Program-made: the position numbers and the translations under genes
Shown here: one piece after another, positions 13,401-25,865 of the stretch
Numbering within the stretch: position 1 is the stretch's first letter
Layout: each line of letters begins with the position of its first letter
DNA from: Lama guanicoe
Taxonomy: Eukaryota
Assembly (NCBI GenBank): GCA_013239625.1
Contig: MU053504.1
Span: 498,001-562,000, forward strand
DNA: 64,000 nt
Reading direction: 5' to 3'
The notes under the pieces: model-generated
The model's input: the letters and a program-made list of their open reading frames with translations, nothing else
What the model was told of the DNA's origin: nothing
The model's database searches: none

Positions 13401-14169
13401 ACTGATTCAGAGGAGGGAGCCCCTTCCCATTGCACCCCACTTCCCACACATGGAGCAGATAAGAAACCAGTCCCAGAGAGTGAATTAATTTACATAAAGT
13501 TGCAGAGCTGGAAATGGAAGGGCTAAGCAGAGAATCCAGTTTTCTGGACTTTTCCCACTTGTTTTTCCCCGTCTTCCCCTGTGATAGTGGGTGGAAGACA
13601 GAGGAGAAAGGTGTATAATGAACACTTTGGGTTGTGATTGTTTCTCCTTCCATCTTGCCAATGATTCTCCATCTTAATACTTCAAAGAAAAACATTTTTG
13701 TTTTCAGATACATAAGATTCTGTTTGCACTAAATAGTTCTGGTACTCAGAGGTACTTGGTTTGGAGAGTGAATAATGTTCCTAAAAGAATTAGGATCAAA
13801 TTATTGTTTAAGCCTACTGACCGTGTCCTAGGAAGTAAGATTGGTATCATGGTATCATCACACAATGTTACAGATGAGAAAGCTGGGGCCCAGAGAGGTG
13901 AAGGGACTTGGCCAGGGTCACACGCCCTGTCAGTGGATCAACGTGGTCTCCGCCCTGCCCCGCTGCCCAGCTCCAAGTACACGCTGGTGTGGAGGTGGGA
14001 GAGGCCCCAGCTCCATGCATGCTGGCGTCTCCGCTCCCGCGCCCTCTGAGGGAGCAAGATGCTAACTATCTCTTTAAGAAGGAAAGTGAAGACGGACGGC
14101 TTACGCAGCTGCCGGCGAGCCGCCGACTGGCTCGTCCCCTCCATCCACCTCCCCCTCCCCCGCCTCCCT

Positions 14170-14279
14170 CCCGGCAGCCCCAGCCCCGGCGAGCACTCAA
14201 CTAGCCGCCTCCAGCAGGGGCTCCGAAGAGCAGTTCGGCGGCCTGGGCTGGGCAGCCGAAGGCATGGAAGCCTCCGCAG
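14170..14279 (+). other. SNPH: SNPH non-coding exon 1 (5' end approximate)
   Basis: Donor CCGCAG|gtgatg at 14279/14280 inside the CpG island. The transcription start cannot be determined from sequence. Confidence 0.6.
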
Positions 14280-14520
14280 GTGATGACTGGGACCCCGGGG
14301 ACCTCCGGGCCCACGGATCAGCTGTGCCCGCCGCAGCCCAGAGTGCCAAGTGCGGGGGAGGGGAGGAGCGGGCCGCACCGGGGAACGGACCCGGCGCCCG
14401 GCGGGCAGCCTGCCCTGCGGGCTTTCTGGCTTCGGCGGCCCAGCTGTCAGCGGCCGGGGGCTCGGCTGCCCGGGTGTCCCCGCCCGCGCTCACCCGCCCC
14501 TGTCTTCCCCACTGCCGCAG

Positions 14521-14627
14521 GTTGCTGATCAGAGCCAGGCAGCTGCAGCAGCGACTGCAGAGGCGCTGCGCCAAGCCGGGCCGGAGTGGTGAAAGCCGGC
14601 GGGGCTGCGGAGGGCAAGTGGACTCAG
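14521..14627 (+). other. SNPH: SNPH non-coding exon 2 (107 nt)
   Basis: Acceptor ctcac...ctgtcttccccactgccgcag| and donor CTCAG|gtgagg. Confidence 0.75.
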
Positions 14628-14800
14628 GTGAGGAGGCCTCGGCGGAGCCAGGAAGGGGGCCTGCGCTGCACCGCGGCGGGCGGCGGGCGGGGGCTGCTCG
14701 CTGCGGTAGAATCCTTCAGAGGGCACCGGCCGAGGAGGGGTTAACTGTGACTCATTCTTACCCTCCCTTCATTCCCCTACCTCCTTCTAAGCGCACCCCA

Positions 14801-14822
14801 ACACACACACACACACACACAC
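14801..14822 (+). repeat. (AC)11 microsatellite just downstream of the CpG island
   Basis: Read directly from the sequence. Confidence 0.95.
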
Positions 14823-15724
14823 CAGTGTGAAATTCACTAATTAGTAGATGCTGGTGGCAAGAGAGAAGATGCTCAAAGCGGGCGATTAGGAGGATTTTAG
14901 GGACCACCCCATTCTTATTTGTCTTTCTTTTCCGGCATTCGGCAAACATTTAAGCCTCTTTCCTTTTTGGAGGAGGAGCAAGGGTACCTGGGCGTGGGAG
15001 AAGGATGGAACCCCACACCCAGCCCAAGGTCAAGTGCCAGTGACTGCTTCCTTCCCATATTACCCCCTGAGAAGAATCAGGGCCCTGCGGTAGATCTGGA
15101 AAAAATGTCCGTGACCCCTAGAGTAGGCGATCTGAGCCTCAGTCTCCCTGGAGCTTCCACGGGATATGGTTTCTCCCGCTCTTCAGCAGGGAGATGATGG
15201 GCTGTTTGCTGTGAACACTAACTAGCCTGGGAAGCCCCCGATTCCCTTCGTCAGTCCTGCAGACTGAGGAGAGGCCTGGTGCCACACTGCCCGTTTCCTC
15301 TGTCTTCTTGGCCCATCTGGAGGTGGGATAGGCAGGAGTTGCTTCCTAGAAAAGGGTGATCTCTGCAGGCGGGTGGGGTAGGGAAAGTGCCGGAGACTGG
15401 GGTTCTAGTCCCTCATCTTGCCAGTAGGCCACAAGTAGCCATCTTAAAATTCATTAGGCACGGGTGTCTGTCTGCTCATCTGTTAAATGTAAGAGTTGGA
15501 TTAGATGGTCTGTACAATTTTAATGTGCCACTCAAGAAGCTCTTTCTTATATGTCGGGGGATGTCTCTATTAGAGTAATCCAGAATATAAATTTAGGTCT
15601 ATGAATTAATTGATGTTTCCTCAGTTGATCTCTTTCAACTCTGGACTTCTCAAGTGAAACATTGACCTTGGGGGCCTCATGGAACTGAAGGCATCAGACA
15701 GTCCTATATTGGCATCCCTGTACC

Positions 15725-15890
15725 ATCACTGGGGTGACCTTTTCAAGTTACTTCCCTTCCCCAAGCTTCAGTTTCCTCATCTGTAAATCTGGGAAGAACA
15801 TGTCTCAGAGGGTTGATGTGAGGATTGAATGAGATGTATATGGAAGCATTTAAAACAGTCCCTGTGCCTGGCACATAGTAGGTTCTCAGG
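15725..15890 (+). mobile_element. MIR SINE
   Basis: MIR core: gtgacctt...cttcagtttcctcatctgtaaa...gtgaggattgaatgaga...cctggcacatagtagg. Confidence 0.75.
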
Positions 15891-17029
15891 GATGAGGGAT
15901 TTAGGAGATTAAGGGAAGGGAGGAGGGGTGGCTGCTTTTAGTCCTCTTCTCTCCCACCTCCCCCACCCCACTGGTCTCTTCCACATCCCTGCAGATGGTG
16001 TCCCTGCCAGGGGATAATGAACGCTGGAGTGTGTTGGGCTGCCAGGTTGAGGGCCTAGGAAGCAGCCAGGAGGTACAGACATTTCCACTGCAAGGGCGCT
16101 GACATCATTCTAGCAAATGATGGTCCCAGCGAGGCATATATAGCCCAGCTCTGGGTTTGGAAAATCTTGGCATCAGAGGGCAGAGTCCCTAAGGAAACAG
16201 AAGCATCAGAATCTCATGTGCTGGCAGGGAGGCAGGGACCAAGGCTTCCTGGTTTCAATGGATCCCACTGCTGCTCCTTTGCCCTTCCAGGAGTCTCTGC
16301 TAGAATCTCCCTGAGACAAGGAGGTCCAGTTTTTGATGTCTGTATTTTCTATTCCTTATCTTCTCTCCTGCTCTCCTGTTTCGCCTTGCATTCACCCTTT
16401 CTTGCTCTGCCTTATTCTACAGAGACATTCTGCCTCTTGACAGCATGATCAAGATGGCTGCCAATAGGCTGGGGCAGGGCATTTCACTGCTGCACCATTC
16501 AGGCAAAAGAAGTTGTATCCCCACCTGCCCTAAATCCCTATTCAATGGTGGGTTCCTCCTTGCAGAGGCCCTGTCTTTTTCCTGTGTCTTCACCCTCTAG
16601 CCTGTGGCTAGGCACAAAGTAGGCCCTCAGTAAGTGTTGAACAGAATAAATTTGAGGAAATTATGTCCCTAAGCCAACTGGGTTAGGGAGAAACTGTGGG
16701 AATGTGTTGACAGTGTAGGTAAAAGCACTTTTAAGTATAGGGCACTGTGCAGATTGTTGGTTGTCATTATTATTACTTGTGCTAATACTGTTGTTATTGC
16801 TATGGCCAGTGGCCAACAGTTGTTTTACCTGCTCCTCGAGTCAGGCTTGAAGGGGCGAGGTGTGCTTGGGAGAGTGGTGATGTTGGCAAACAGAAGATGC
16901 TGGCTGGTGAACCATGAGTGTGAAGGGAAGGGATCTGGAAAGAGAGTGATTCCAGCCACTTCCCCTTTCGGGGAGGGGGACAGAAAAGGAGCATCAAGTG
17001 GACCAGAATGGATGCACAGTAGAAAATCA

Positions 17030-17180
17030 GGAGGTTCAAATCCTGAGTTTCGTTCTACCACCACCTCATTGTGTGACCTTGGGCCAGTCACACCTCCTCT
17101 CAAGACCTCTGGGTCCCCAGTTGTAAAATGAGAAAACTGGACTATATGATCCCTAAGGCCCCTTCTGGTTCTGACATTTT
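17030..17180 (+). mobile_element. MIR/MIR3 SINE
   Basis: tgtgtgaccttgggccagtcac...tgtaaaatgagaaaactggactatatgatccctaagg. Confidence 0.65.
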
Positions 17181-18264
17181 GTCAGGTGGATTTTGTTAAA
17201 TAAAAATGAGATAACTATTAAGACTCTCAGTGTCATTTATGGAGCACCTGACCATTACCTGTCTCAGGTAATCCTCGTAACAGATTATACCAGTCTGATC
17301 GATGAGGAGACTGAGGCTTAGAGAGACTGACTTGCCTAAGGCTGCACAGCAGTAAGTGGTACAACTGTTATGTGACGCCTAGGCTGCCTGACTCTGGGAG
17401 GAGCGTGTTCTTGCAGTGGTTCCACTACCTCCCCTGCTTGTCACGGCTATGAGTTGTGTGTATGCTTGCACGCATGTCTAGGTTGAAGAGCGTGGCGCTC
17501 AGTGCTGGGAAGCCTTCCTTTTCACCGTGAGCTCTGCTTTGCTGATGGGTGGCGGGTGCCCCTTTACCAAGGAGAGCGGCTGAGAGTGACTGACAGTCGT
17601 GACAGTCACACTTTTTGAGTACCTCCGGTGGGCTGTGCTCTGTTTTACACAGGCCACTTCCTCCTCAGACAGTCTCATTGTGCAGGCACTATAATTGTAC
17701 CCATTTCACAGGTGAGGAAGCCAGGGCAGAGAGGCCAGGGATCTTGCCCCGAGTTACACAGCCAGTGTGTTGTAGAACCTGAGACAGTTTAGCTGCAAGT
17801 GCACTGTACCGGGAGTTGAAAGGGCTGCTTTTTAGTCTGAGCCTCCTCACTGACTAACTCTGGGTCAGCCAGTTTCCCTCTGCGTGTCCCAAAGGGACTG
17901 GAGGCACCTATGGCTCTAAAAGACCTAAATGCTACCTTGTCCCAGAATAGGAGTAGAGGGGATCCCTTCTCTAGCTAAACAGTGAGCAGCATTGGTTTAT
18001 TTATTTATTTATCAGGCCTTGGACCAAGTGCACAGAATATAGGAAGGAGTAAGAGGTGACTCCCCACTTTCAAGAATCTCACGGCTAACAAGGAGACAAG
18101 TGTCTAAACTTGTAGGTAGGATGATCCATCAAGGAGCTGTGATAATGCCAATAAGGGTGAAATGGGACAGGGAGAGGGGGATGGTCTTTCCTACTCAGTG
18201 AGGCAGGAAGGCTTTAGAGAGGTGATGCCACTGTCATCACTTTCTTTTCTGCATTGAGTTCGTG

Positions 18265-18306
18265 AATAATAATAGTAATAGTAATAGTGATAATAATAAT
18301 AATAAT
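18265..18306 (+). repeat. Imperfect (TAA/TAG)n trinucleotide repeat
   Basis: aataataatagtaatagtaatagtgataataataataataat. Confidence 0.9.
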
Positions 18307-18360
18307 GTCTTGCCCAGCTTAGGACATTTCCAAACAGTTCTAAATACTCATTGGCTCTTG

Positions 18361-18488
18361 GTGGGAGGGTATAGCTCAAGTGGTAGAGTGCATGTTTAGC
18401 ATACACAAGGTTCTGGGTTCAGTCCCCAGTACCTCCTCTAAAAAATAATAATAAAAGACTGCATTAAAACAAAATTTTAAAAGACTTG
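18361..18488 (+). mobile_element. tRNA-Ala-derived camelid SINE (Vic-1 type) with target-site duplication
   Basis: gtgggagggtatagctcaagtggtagagtgcatgtttagcatacacaaggttctgggttcagtccccagtacctcc plus A-rich tail. Direct repeat ttggctcttg at 18351-18360 and 18489-18498. Confidence 0.82.
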
Positions 18489-19944
18489 TTGGCTCTTGAC
18501 CCCAGCAACCCCAGAAGTGGCCACAGAGTCTGAGGGACCATCCAGGCTCACTCTGGCATAGTTCCAGTGGAACCATCCATTTGCCCCTGATGGACCAGAT
18601 CCTTCCCTCACCTCAGAGGCCTCTAGAGGCAGGAGTCTGAGGTTCCTCTTAGAAAGCCATCTAGTGTCTATAAGAATCCAGTAGGCTTGCGAAATTCTTC
18701 CTCTTATCTGCTCTCAGCATTCCAGCTTTCTGGAGCACTTAACACCTGGGGAAGTGAAGACACTTATCCAAGAGTACTCAGCAAGGCTGAGATCATAACT
18801 CCGGCCTAATGCGAATTGCATTTCTGAGCCATATGGGAGTCTTTCTACATCTAGGTCACCAGGGACTCGAAGGGCCATTTCTTCACTCGATGGGCAACTG
18901 GCGCTGAGTGGGGATTTGATGCAGGTGATACAAAACTCCAGCCTGGAGAGGGAGGCCTGTGCTCCCCGGGCTTAATGGGCAGATATTTATTAAGTGTTTG
19001 TCACACGCTCAGCACCTCTGGGTTGAGGTGCTGAGTCAAGCAAAAGGGAGTGTCTGGGAAGCAGCCTGGTGCAGTGGAAAGAGCCAGCGCCCAGGGGTGG
19101 GGAGACTCCTCTCAGCTCTGCTGTGACTCCCTGGGTGGCCTGAGGCACGGCTCTTCACTTTCCCCCACCTGCAAAGTGATAGTCAGAGGTGGTGCCCTCT
19201 AAGGGCTCGTCACGCGCTGACTGACTAACAATTCAGCAGCTCTTTCCTCTGTTCTAGAACCACTTTGGGGCTACAAGAGTGGGTAGGATACAGGTAACTG
19301 TAACCTGAGGAAGAGTGAGATAAATTTAACAAGAGGCGGGAACAAATGCTCTGTGGGTTTGCTGGAGGGAGAGAGCTTGGGAAAGGCTAGGTTCAAAAGC
19401 TGTCTCTTCAAAGATAGGATGAGATGCAGATAGAGATGGGGGTTTTTTGAACCAGGAGGAGCAGCAGAAACATGCTGTCATCCTGGGACAGGAAGGCTGT
19501 ATATCAGAGAAATGGTCCTCAGACTTAGATTTCAAACGTCAGTGCATTTGGGAATCTATCCTAGGTTGGCCAGCTTTTTATTTTGCCAGATAAGGACATT
19601 CAAACAACACTTGTTCTGTTTGCTGTTACTATTACATAGCGAGAGAAAGAGCATTTTAATAACTTTATCCCTAAAGTAAGAAGGCTGTGTAAAATCAGGG
19701 GAAAAAAAGTACTCCTTCAAATGAATACATTTTAAAAACTCACCGCATTGTCCATATTTTGCTCATTTTACTGTAGACCGGTGTCCTTGTGTTTGTCTCT
19801 GGATTCAGGCTGCTTGGGTTCAAATCCTGGCCAACTTACTTCTTCTCTCAGAGCCTCTGTTTCCTCATCTGTAAAATGGGGACATGAAGCTGTCTGCCTC
19901 ATAAGGTCATTAGGAGGTCTGTATGCGCTAATAAAACATGTAAA

Positions 19945-20240
19945 GCAGGGGACGCCAACCCCAGTTGTCTAGAGACAATGTAGGTCGGCAGGGCTGTTTG
20001 GAAATGATAGCAAATTGGAGAATGTTTGCTTGAAAGAGGCAGCTGCTGGCCTGCTCCCCCCATTCCTGCCATTCAAGAGTGCGGGCCCAATGTTGTCAGA
20101 TCTTCTGATTTATAAGGCAGAAGTCTGGATGTTTGTTTGTGACATCTCTTGATTTTTTAAATGTGGCCAACTAGGCAACATTTTTAAATGCATATGTTAA
20201 AGTGTGTCTGTGGCAGGCCATCAGTCTGTGTCCTCTGATG
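19945..20240. mobile_element. Old hAT-Charlie-type DNA transposon fossil (MER102-like); a related copy at about 29690-29910
   Basis: Both copies share gggccca...cagatctt...agaa(g/a)tctgg...gtgaXatctct...aatgt(g/t)ggc, resembling the recalled MER102 consensus. Confidence 0.45.
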
Positions 20241-21354
20241 TGAATTTCTAGATGCCAGGCACGTAGTGCTCATGGTTGTCAGCTGAGGATGAAGAGGGGA
20301 GAAAGGAAACATAACTGGAAGTGCAGGCCTGGGCCACGGATGCCCTGTCTGCAAGGCTAAGGAGCACGTGTAATCTCCTGCTTCTGGGCCCCCAGCTTCA
20401 AAGGCCCTGTTTGTGCCCCTTCCCTTTTGGTAGCACTGTCAGGACTGAGCATTTTAAGGACTGAGTTCCAGGGTCACTTCTGTGCCCAACTAAAGCTTGC
20501 ACTAGCCGACCTCCTACCACAAGGTCTCTGGAAGCTCTCTGGTCAGCAGCCTCAGAAGAGGGAACTTGGCTGATGGCCTGTGAAGCCGGCCCAGGAGGGA
20601 CAGGCGTGAGGAGAGGCTCGGGCAGCTCCTCAGTGGGAGGGGTGCTTCCTGGCTGGTTCTGCCACCTTCTGCCTGGGCTGTGATGAGGTCTGGACGGCAG
20701 GCGGTCTCTCCCCGGACAGCCACACAGCCACCACCGAGGAGAAGCTGGGGCCTGGTTGTGGAGGAGGCCTGGAGCATTCTCAGAGAAGGACCTCGGAGGA
20801 GTTCCAATTAGCAGGAGGAGCTCTGCTGACAGGCTTTCAGGGCATTTTGGGATTCAGACTGAAACCACTGAGGACAGTTTACATTTTTGTGGCTCCAGTT
20901 AATCAAATATTCATCAAGCACCTACCGTGGTCAGGCTTTATCCTGGCCACTGTGCAGGAATGCAAAGAAGTGTTTACAACCACTCATTCAGCCAATCTGT
21001 ATGAAGTGTCTACAGGCAGCCACCAGGATGTGGACCCTGTCCTCAGGGAGCTTTTTAGCCTGATAAAGATGTCTGGAGGTGCACGGGGCCTGGCTCATAG
21101 AAATATTAATAACAGCTGCCATTTGATTGTGAGCCTTCTGAGTATGAGATGCTAGCCATACGGTACCTGTTTGAGACAATGATGCAGGAATCGAATGGAC
21201 CCTTCATCTGAAGCTCTCAGCAAGTGCCTGCCACATACTGGTGCTCCATAAAGGGGTGGCTGCATTATTGTTAACTTGGAAAACTGGGCAGATCCCGAAG
21301 AAAGGCCAAGACACAGATGGGTCAGGGAAAACAAGAAGCAAAACAGTTGAAGCC

Positions 21355-21500
21355 CACTTAGCTTATGTTACCCTCATTTTATAGATGAGGACACTGAGGC
21401 TCAGAGAGGGGAAGTAGTTTGTTCAGAGTGACACAGCTGCTCTGGAACAGAGCCTACACTTAAATGCTAGTCTGTTTGGCATCAAAGTTCTGTTCTTTCT
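21355..21500 (-). mobile_element. MIR SINE
   Basis: ctcattttatagatgaggacactgaggctcagagagggg...gtgacacagct. Confidence 0.7.
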
Positions 21501-22372
21501 TCTAAGCCATGTTGCCTCTAAAGAAGTGATTAGTGAACAAAACAAATACCCCTATGACAGGTGAGGCACAGTGCCACCTGGTGAGGTAGGGAGCTTTTGT
21601 AAAAGGTGAGGAAACGGGGACTAGGGGAAAGAAGGAGCTGCCAGAGTTCTGTAACCGTAAAGTGGAGGGGTTGGGACCCCAACCCAGATGTATTGGATGT
21701 GGTTTCTCATACTGCTGGGACAGAATAGTAGTCTTCAGGGGTAAAGATAATGGTCTGCAGATACTCGAAGTTCAGCCACAGGAGAGAGCTGGGCTTCCAC
21801 GCGCCCTGAGGGGCAGACCCCAGAGCAGCATTTACAAGTGCCAGCCAGGGAGGCAAATTCTGGCTCAGTTCAAGGAAGAATATGCTGAAGTGAAAAACCA
21901 TCTAGCAATGAAACTGTGTTTTGAGAGCTAGCTCCTCATCTCTGGGCTGCTCACATAGGTCTGGATGTTCTAGAAGGAACTCTTGCAGCGTGGGGGAGTT
22001 TAGTATCGGCTGTGCTTGACAGTCTTGCAGTCGAGAGGATCTGGAATCCTAGTGTAGGGCTGGTCACAGGCGATGCAAGCAGTGGCTGCCCACGAGAAAG
22101 AGTAGCTGTAGGATGGGGCTATCTAGGAGGCCTTCCTGGAGGAGGAGGACGAACTAGATCAGGGCCTAGAAGGCTGGGGAAGGGGAGAGGAGTAGGACTG
22201 TGTGAGGTGAACAAGTCCTAGAGCAGTGAGCCCACCTGTCTGGCTGGGCTGTAGGGCTGGTACCTCTTAGCAAAGGGCATTCCCCTGCTCTCTGGAGCTT
22301 TTTGAAAAATGGCAGAAATGGAGGCACAGTGAATCCTGAGTCTTTCCCAAAGCCTCATTAAGAGGCTGGTTT

Positions 22373-22471
22373 TCACAACATTGTAAACTTACTATACTTC
22401 AGTTTTTTTTTTTTTGAAGTAAGTAAGTAAATAAATTAATAAAAATAAATAACATTGCCTAAAAAAAAAAA
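22373..22471 (+). mobile_element. Severely 5'-truncated young L1 3' end with poly(A) tail and perfect target-site duplication
   Basis: cacaacattgtaaacttactatacttca...aaataaataacattgcct(A)n, flanked by taagaggctggttt at 22359-22372 and 22472-22485. Confidence 0.75.
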
Positions 22472-23809
22472 TAAGAGGCTGGTTTGGCACCACTTCCCCC
22501 TCTTACCTCCAGCCATCCCCTCCTCTCTTCATTTTACCATTCACCCCCTCCCATCATCCCTTTCAGAAGTGGCAAATTTTGGACATTGGGCTTAGAAAGG
22601 CATGCCAAACGTGGTGGCTGAGGGGCAGCCCAGGGCATCTGACAAAGGCCACTTTCCTCACGTTTGGGGCACAGAGCCAGAATGGGGCAGCCTCAGCTCC
22701 TCCCACTGAAGCCAACCTGGGCCTCCTAGGAGCTACTTGCTGCTCAGGGTGAGCACTGGCTTTAGAGTCAGGCCTGGCTCATCTCCAGTTCCGCTGCTTG
22801 TTAGCCTGGGAACTCAGACAACGTGTCTTTCCCCCAGGCCATGTTCTCATCTACCAAAGGGGGATCGATCATTCCTGCCTGGAAGGAGAAGGGACAAGGG
22901 ACAATCTGCTGACAGGGCCTGGCCTACAGCAGATGCCCCTACAAACGCCTCCCCTCTCTACAGCCTCAGTCTCTCCTCCACCCCGCCGGGTCCCAGCTCT
23001 TGTCCCAGTAAATGGGAAGGGCTACACTCCATACCAGGTGCAGGGATGTGTGACCTAGCATGTCCTCCTGCAGCTGTTGAAGAAGGTGCTATTTTATTGT
23101 CTGTTGAGGAAATTGAGTCACAGGGAATGTAAGCAACGTGTCCATTCTATGTGGCTGAGCTGCCAAATACCTGATTCCAGAACCCACGTTCTCCCCACCC
23201 ATTCTTCTCTCTTTGCTGCTTTGTCATCCTCCTTCTCTCCCTATTTCTCTTCTCTTAGGCCTGTGAGTGTCCCTTCCTCCCTCCTCAGCCCTCAGCTGGG
23301 CTCTTACGAGTGAGATTACCAGCCCTGGGCCTGATTTGGAGTGAGCAGGCCCAAGAGCTCGAGAAGGGCAGTTTGGAGCTTTGTCACTTCAGAAATGTCC
23401 CTCGGAGGCCCTTGGATGCACTCCAGCCCCGCTCAGCAGGGTTCCCTCCTTGGGCCCTTCTTTTCTACCTCCATTACTTTTACTCACCCCAGTCCCCTCT
23501 GCCTGAAGTGTTCTTCCTACTACTGCTGCTCCATTTCCATGTTCCCATCTGTCTCGAGGCCCAGCTCACATGCCATCTTTTAGGGTCCCTCTTTGTCAGC
23601 TCCTCCCCAGAGCCCAGGTTCTGTCTGAGTCGCCACGCCAAGCTCTGTGCTCTCCCGTGCCTGGGAGAGGATGGGCCTCGGAGTTCATTAGGACTAGAAG
23701 GAGATTGCCATTGTAAGGAATCCCAGAGGTCAGCCTTCAGATGAAGGAGACCAGGATCCAAGCCTAGACAGCATCGCACCCACTCGCCCTGCCCTCTGAG
23801 TGGTCGGGA

Positions 23810-24070
23810 ACAGAGAGCACAGACTTTAAAGTTGGACATACTTGAACTGCCATCTCCATCTTGACCGTGGACTGGCTTTGTGACCATGGGCAAGTCACTT
23901 GATTTCTCTGACCCTTTGTTTCCTCAGTAGTAAAAATGGAGATTATAATTATAATCCCAGCCTCATAGGAGCAAACCCGGGGAGGGAATTAAACTAGGTT
24001 AGAAATCCCATATGGGTAAAGCCCCAAGTACAGGGTTTAGCACACAGTCAGTGCTTAATAAATGCCACTA
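23810..24070 (+). mobile_element. MIR SINE, near full length
   Basis: agagcacagacttt...tgtgaccatgggcaagtcactt...tttcctcag...cagtgcttaataaatg. Confidence 0.7.
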
Positions 24071-24899
24071 CCCTTCCATCCACAGTTAGAAGGAAAGAAC
24101 TCTATAACTTCTCTAGTTTTTCAAATATATCTTTAGTTGGTAGTGAGCTCCCCTCTCACTGGAGGTATTCAAGCTAGGTCTGGGTGACTGCAGAACAGGA
24201 ATGTTGTTTAGAGAACTGGACCTTCAATCAGATGGATTTGAGGCTTTGAAACCTTCCAGTTTTTTCCTGCACCGAATTTCTGTGATCCTATGAAGACTTT
24301 GACTCAGATCTCATTAGTCAATTATTAGAAATCATTTGGGGTTCAGCTTGGACGTCTGCTTAGCTCAGATAAAAGACAGAATACTGCAGGAGTTATGAGC
24401 TAATTGAAGGCTTTCTCCCACGAGATGGCAAGGCTAGAAACAAAATCAGGTCCAAGAAGAATTCTAATAGATCCTGTGAAGAGAACCTGACTGAGATGTT
24501 TGAGGCATGAGGCTAAATGTTTAAGTTGAATTTTGGGAAGGCTCTACCATGGCCCGTAGCACGAACCACCTGGGGCAAGGCCCCTGGGTTTGATGTACCT
24601 TTGAATCCCCAGTGCCCAGCACAAGCCAGGCACACAGGAAGTACTCTAGACAGATAATGAGCAAATGACAAGTAGCCTTGGTGCTTCTAGCAGTCGGAGT
24701 CCTGAGCTGAGAGACTCTTAGAGCCTCCCTAGAGGCCAAGTGGCAGATTCATACTCGGTGCATGTACGTCTGTGTCCAGGACTGTGTGCGTGTGCCAGGC
24801 TTCCCAAGAAAGACTCCTCCTGCGTGCCGCTGCTTGCCCTTCTTCCGTCTGCCCCTTCCCCTCCTTCTCCTTCTTCCAGCTCTATGAAGTGTGGTCAAC

Positions 24900-25865
24900 A
24901 GTCATTAAGCTGCACATACTTAAAGTATACAATTTGGTAAGTTTTGACATAGTATGTAACCCATGAAACCAACACCACAATTCAGATAATGAACATATCC
25001 ATCAACCCACAGTTTCCTCTTGCTCCTTTGTAATCCCCTCCTCTCATGCCTGCCTCTCCCCTCCCTTCCCCAGGCAACCACTGATCTGCTTTCTGTCACT
25101 ATCAATTACTTTGCATTTTCTAGAATTTTATGTAGATGGAATCATACAACATGTACTTTGTGATGGGGGGGGCAGGTGTGGTCTCTTTAACCCAGCATAA
25201 TTATTTAGAGAGCCATGTTGCTGTGTACATCAATAGTTTATTCCTTTTTATTGCAAAGTAGTATTCTATTGAATAAACCATCATTTGTTTCTTCTTTCAT
25301 CTGTTGATGGACATTTGTTTTTTCCCTAGTTTTTTCTATTACAAACAAAGCTGCCATGAACATTTGTTTATAAAAGTCTTTGTATGGATATACCTTCTTG
25401 TTCTCTAGGGTAAATACCTAAGAGTGAAATGGAATGGCTAGATAAGTCGCTAAATGTATATTTAAACTTTTAAAAAGATGCCAGAGTATTTCCAAAGTGG
25501 CTGTACCATTTTACACTCCCAGCAGCAGTGTATGAGAGTTCTGGTTTCTCCACATCCTCACCAGCACTTGGTATGATCAGTCTTTCTACTGCTAATCATT
25601 CTAACAGGTGAATAGTGGTATCTCCTTATGGCTTTAATTTGCATTTTCCTAATGACTAATGACATTTGGCATCTTTTTTGTGTGCTTATTTGCCATATAT
25701 CTTCTTCGGTAAAGTATCTGTTCAAATATTTTGCCAGCGTTTAAGTATTTAATCACTTAGTTATTGGTCTTATTATTTTTGAGTTGTAAGAGTCCTTTAT
25801 ACATTCTGGATATAAATTTTGTCAAACATATACTTTGCAAATATTTTCTCACAATCTGTGTCTTG
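24900..25865 (-). mobile_element. Old L1 (L1MB-like) 3' ~1 kb
   Basis: Typical antisense L1 3' end and ORF2 tail: taaatacctaagagtg...ccaaagtggctgtaccattttacactcccagcagcagtgtatgagagttc...catcctcaccagcacttgg. Confidence 0.85.

Larger units (their letters stand above)
13990..14740 (+). promoter_or_regulatory. SNPH: CpG island / SNPH promoter region
   Basis: Abrupt GC-rich, CpG-dense stretch with GC-box-like motifs (ccccgcc), containing two exon-like units with consensus splice sites. Confidence 0.85.

Noticed and set aside
13105..13713. 202-aa minus-strand ORF
   Set aside because: Overlaps L2 and MIR remnants; chance open frame.
14264..14830. 188-aa ORF in the CpG island as a novel protein gene
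   Set aside because: Stop-codon scarcity in GC-rich DNA. It crosses predicted splice sites and ends in an AC microsatellite. Only the short spliced uORF is retained as a hypothesis.
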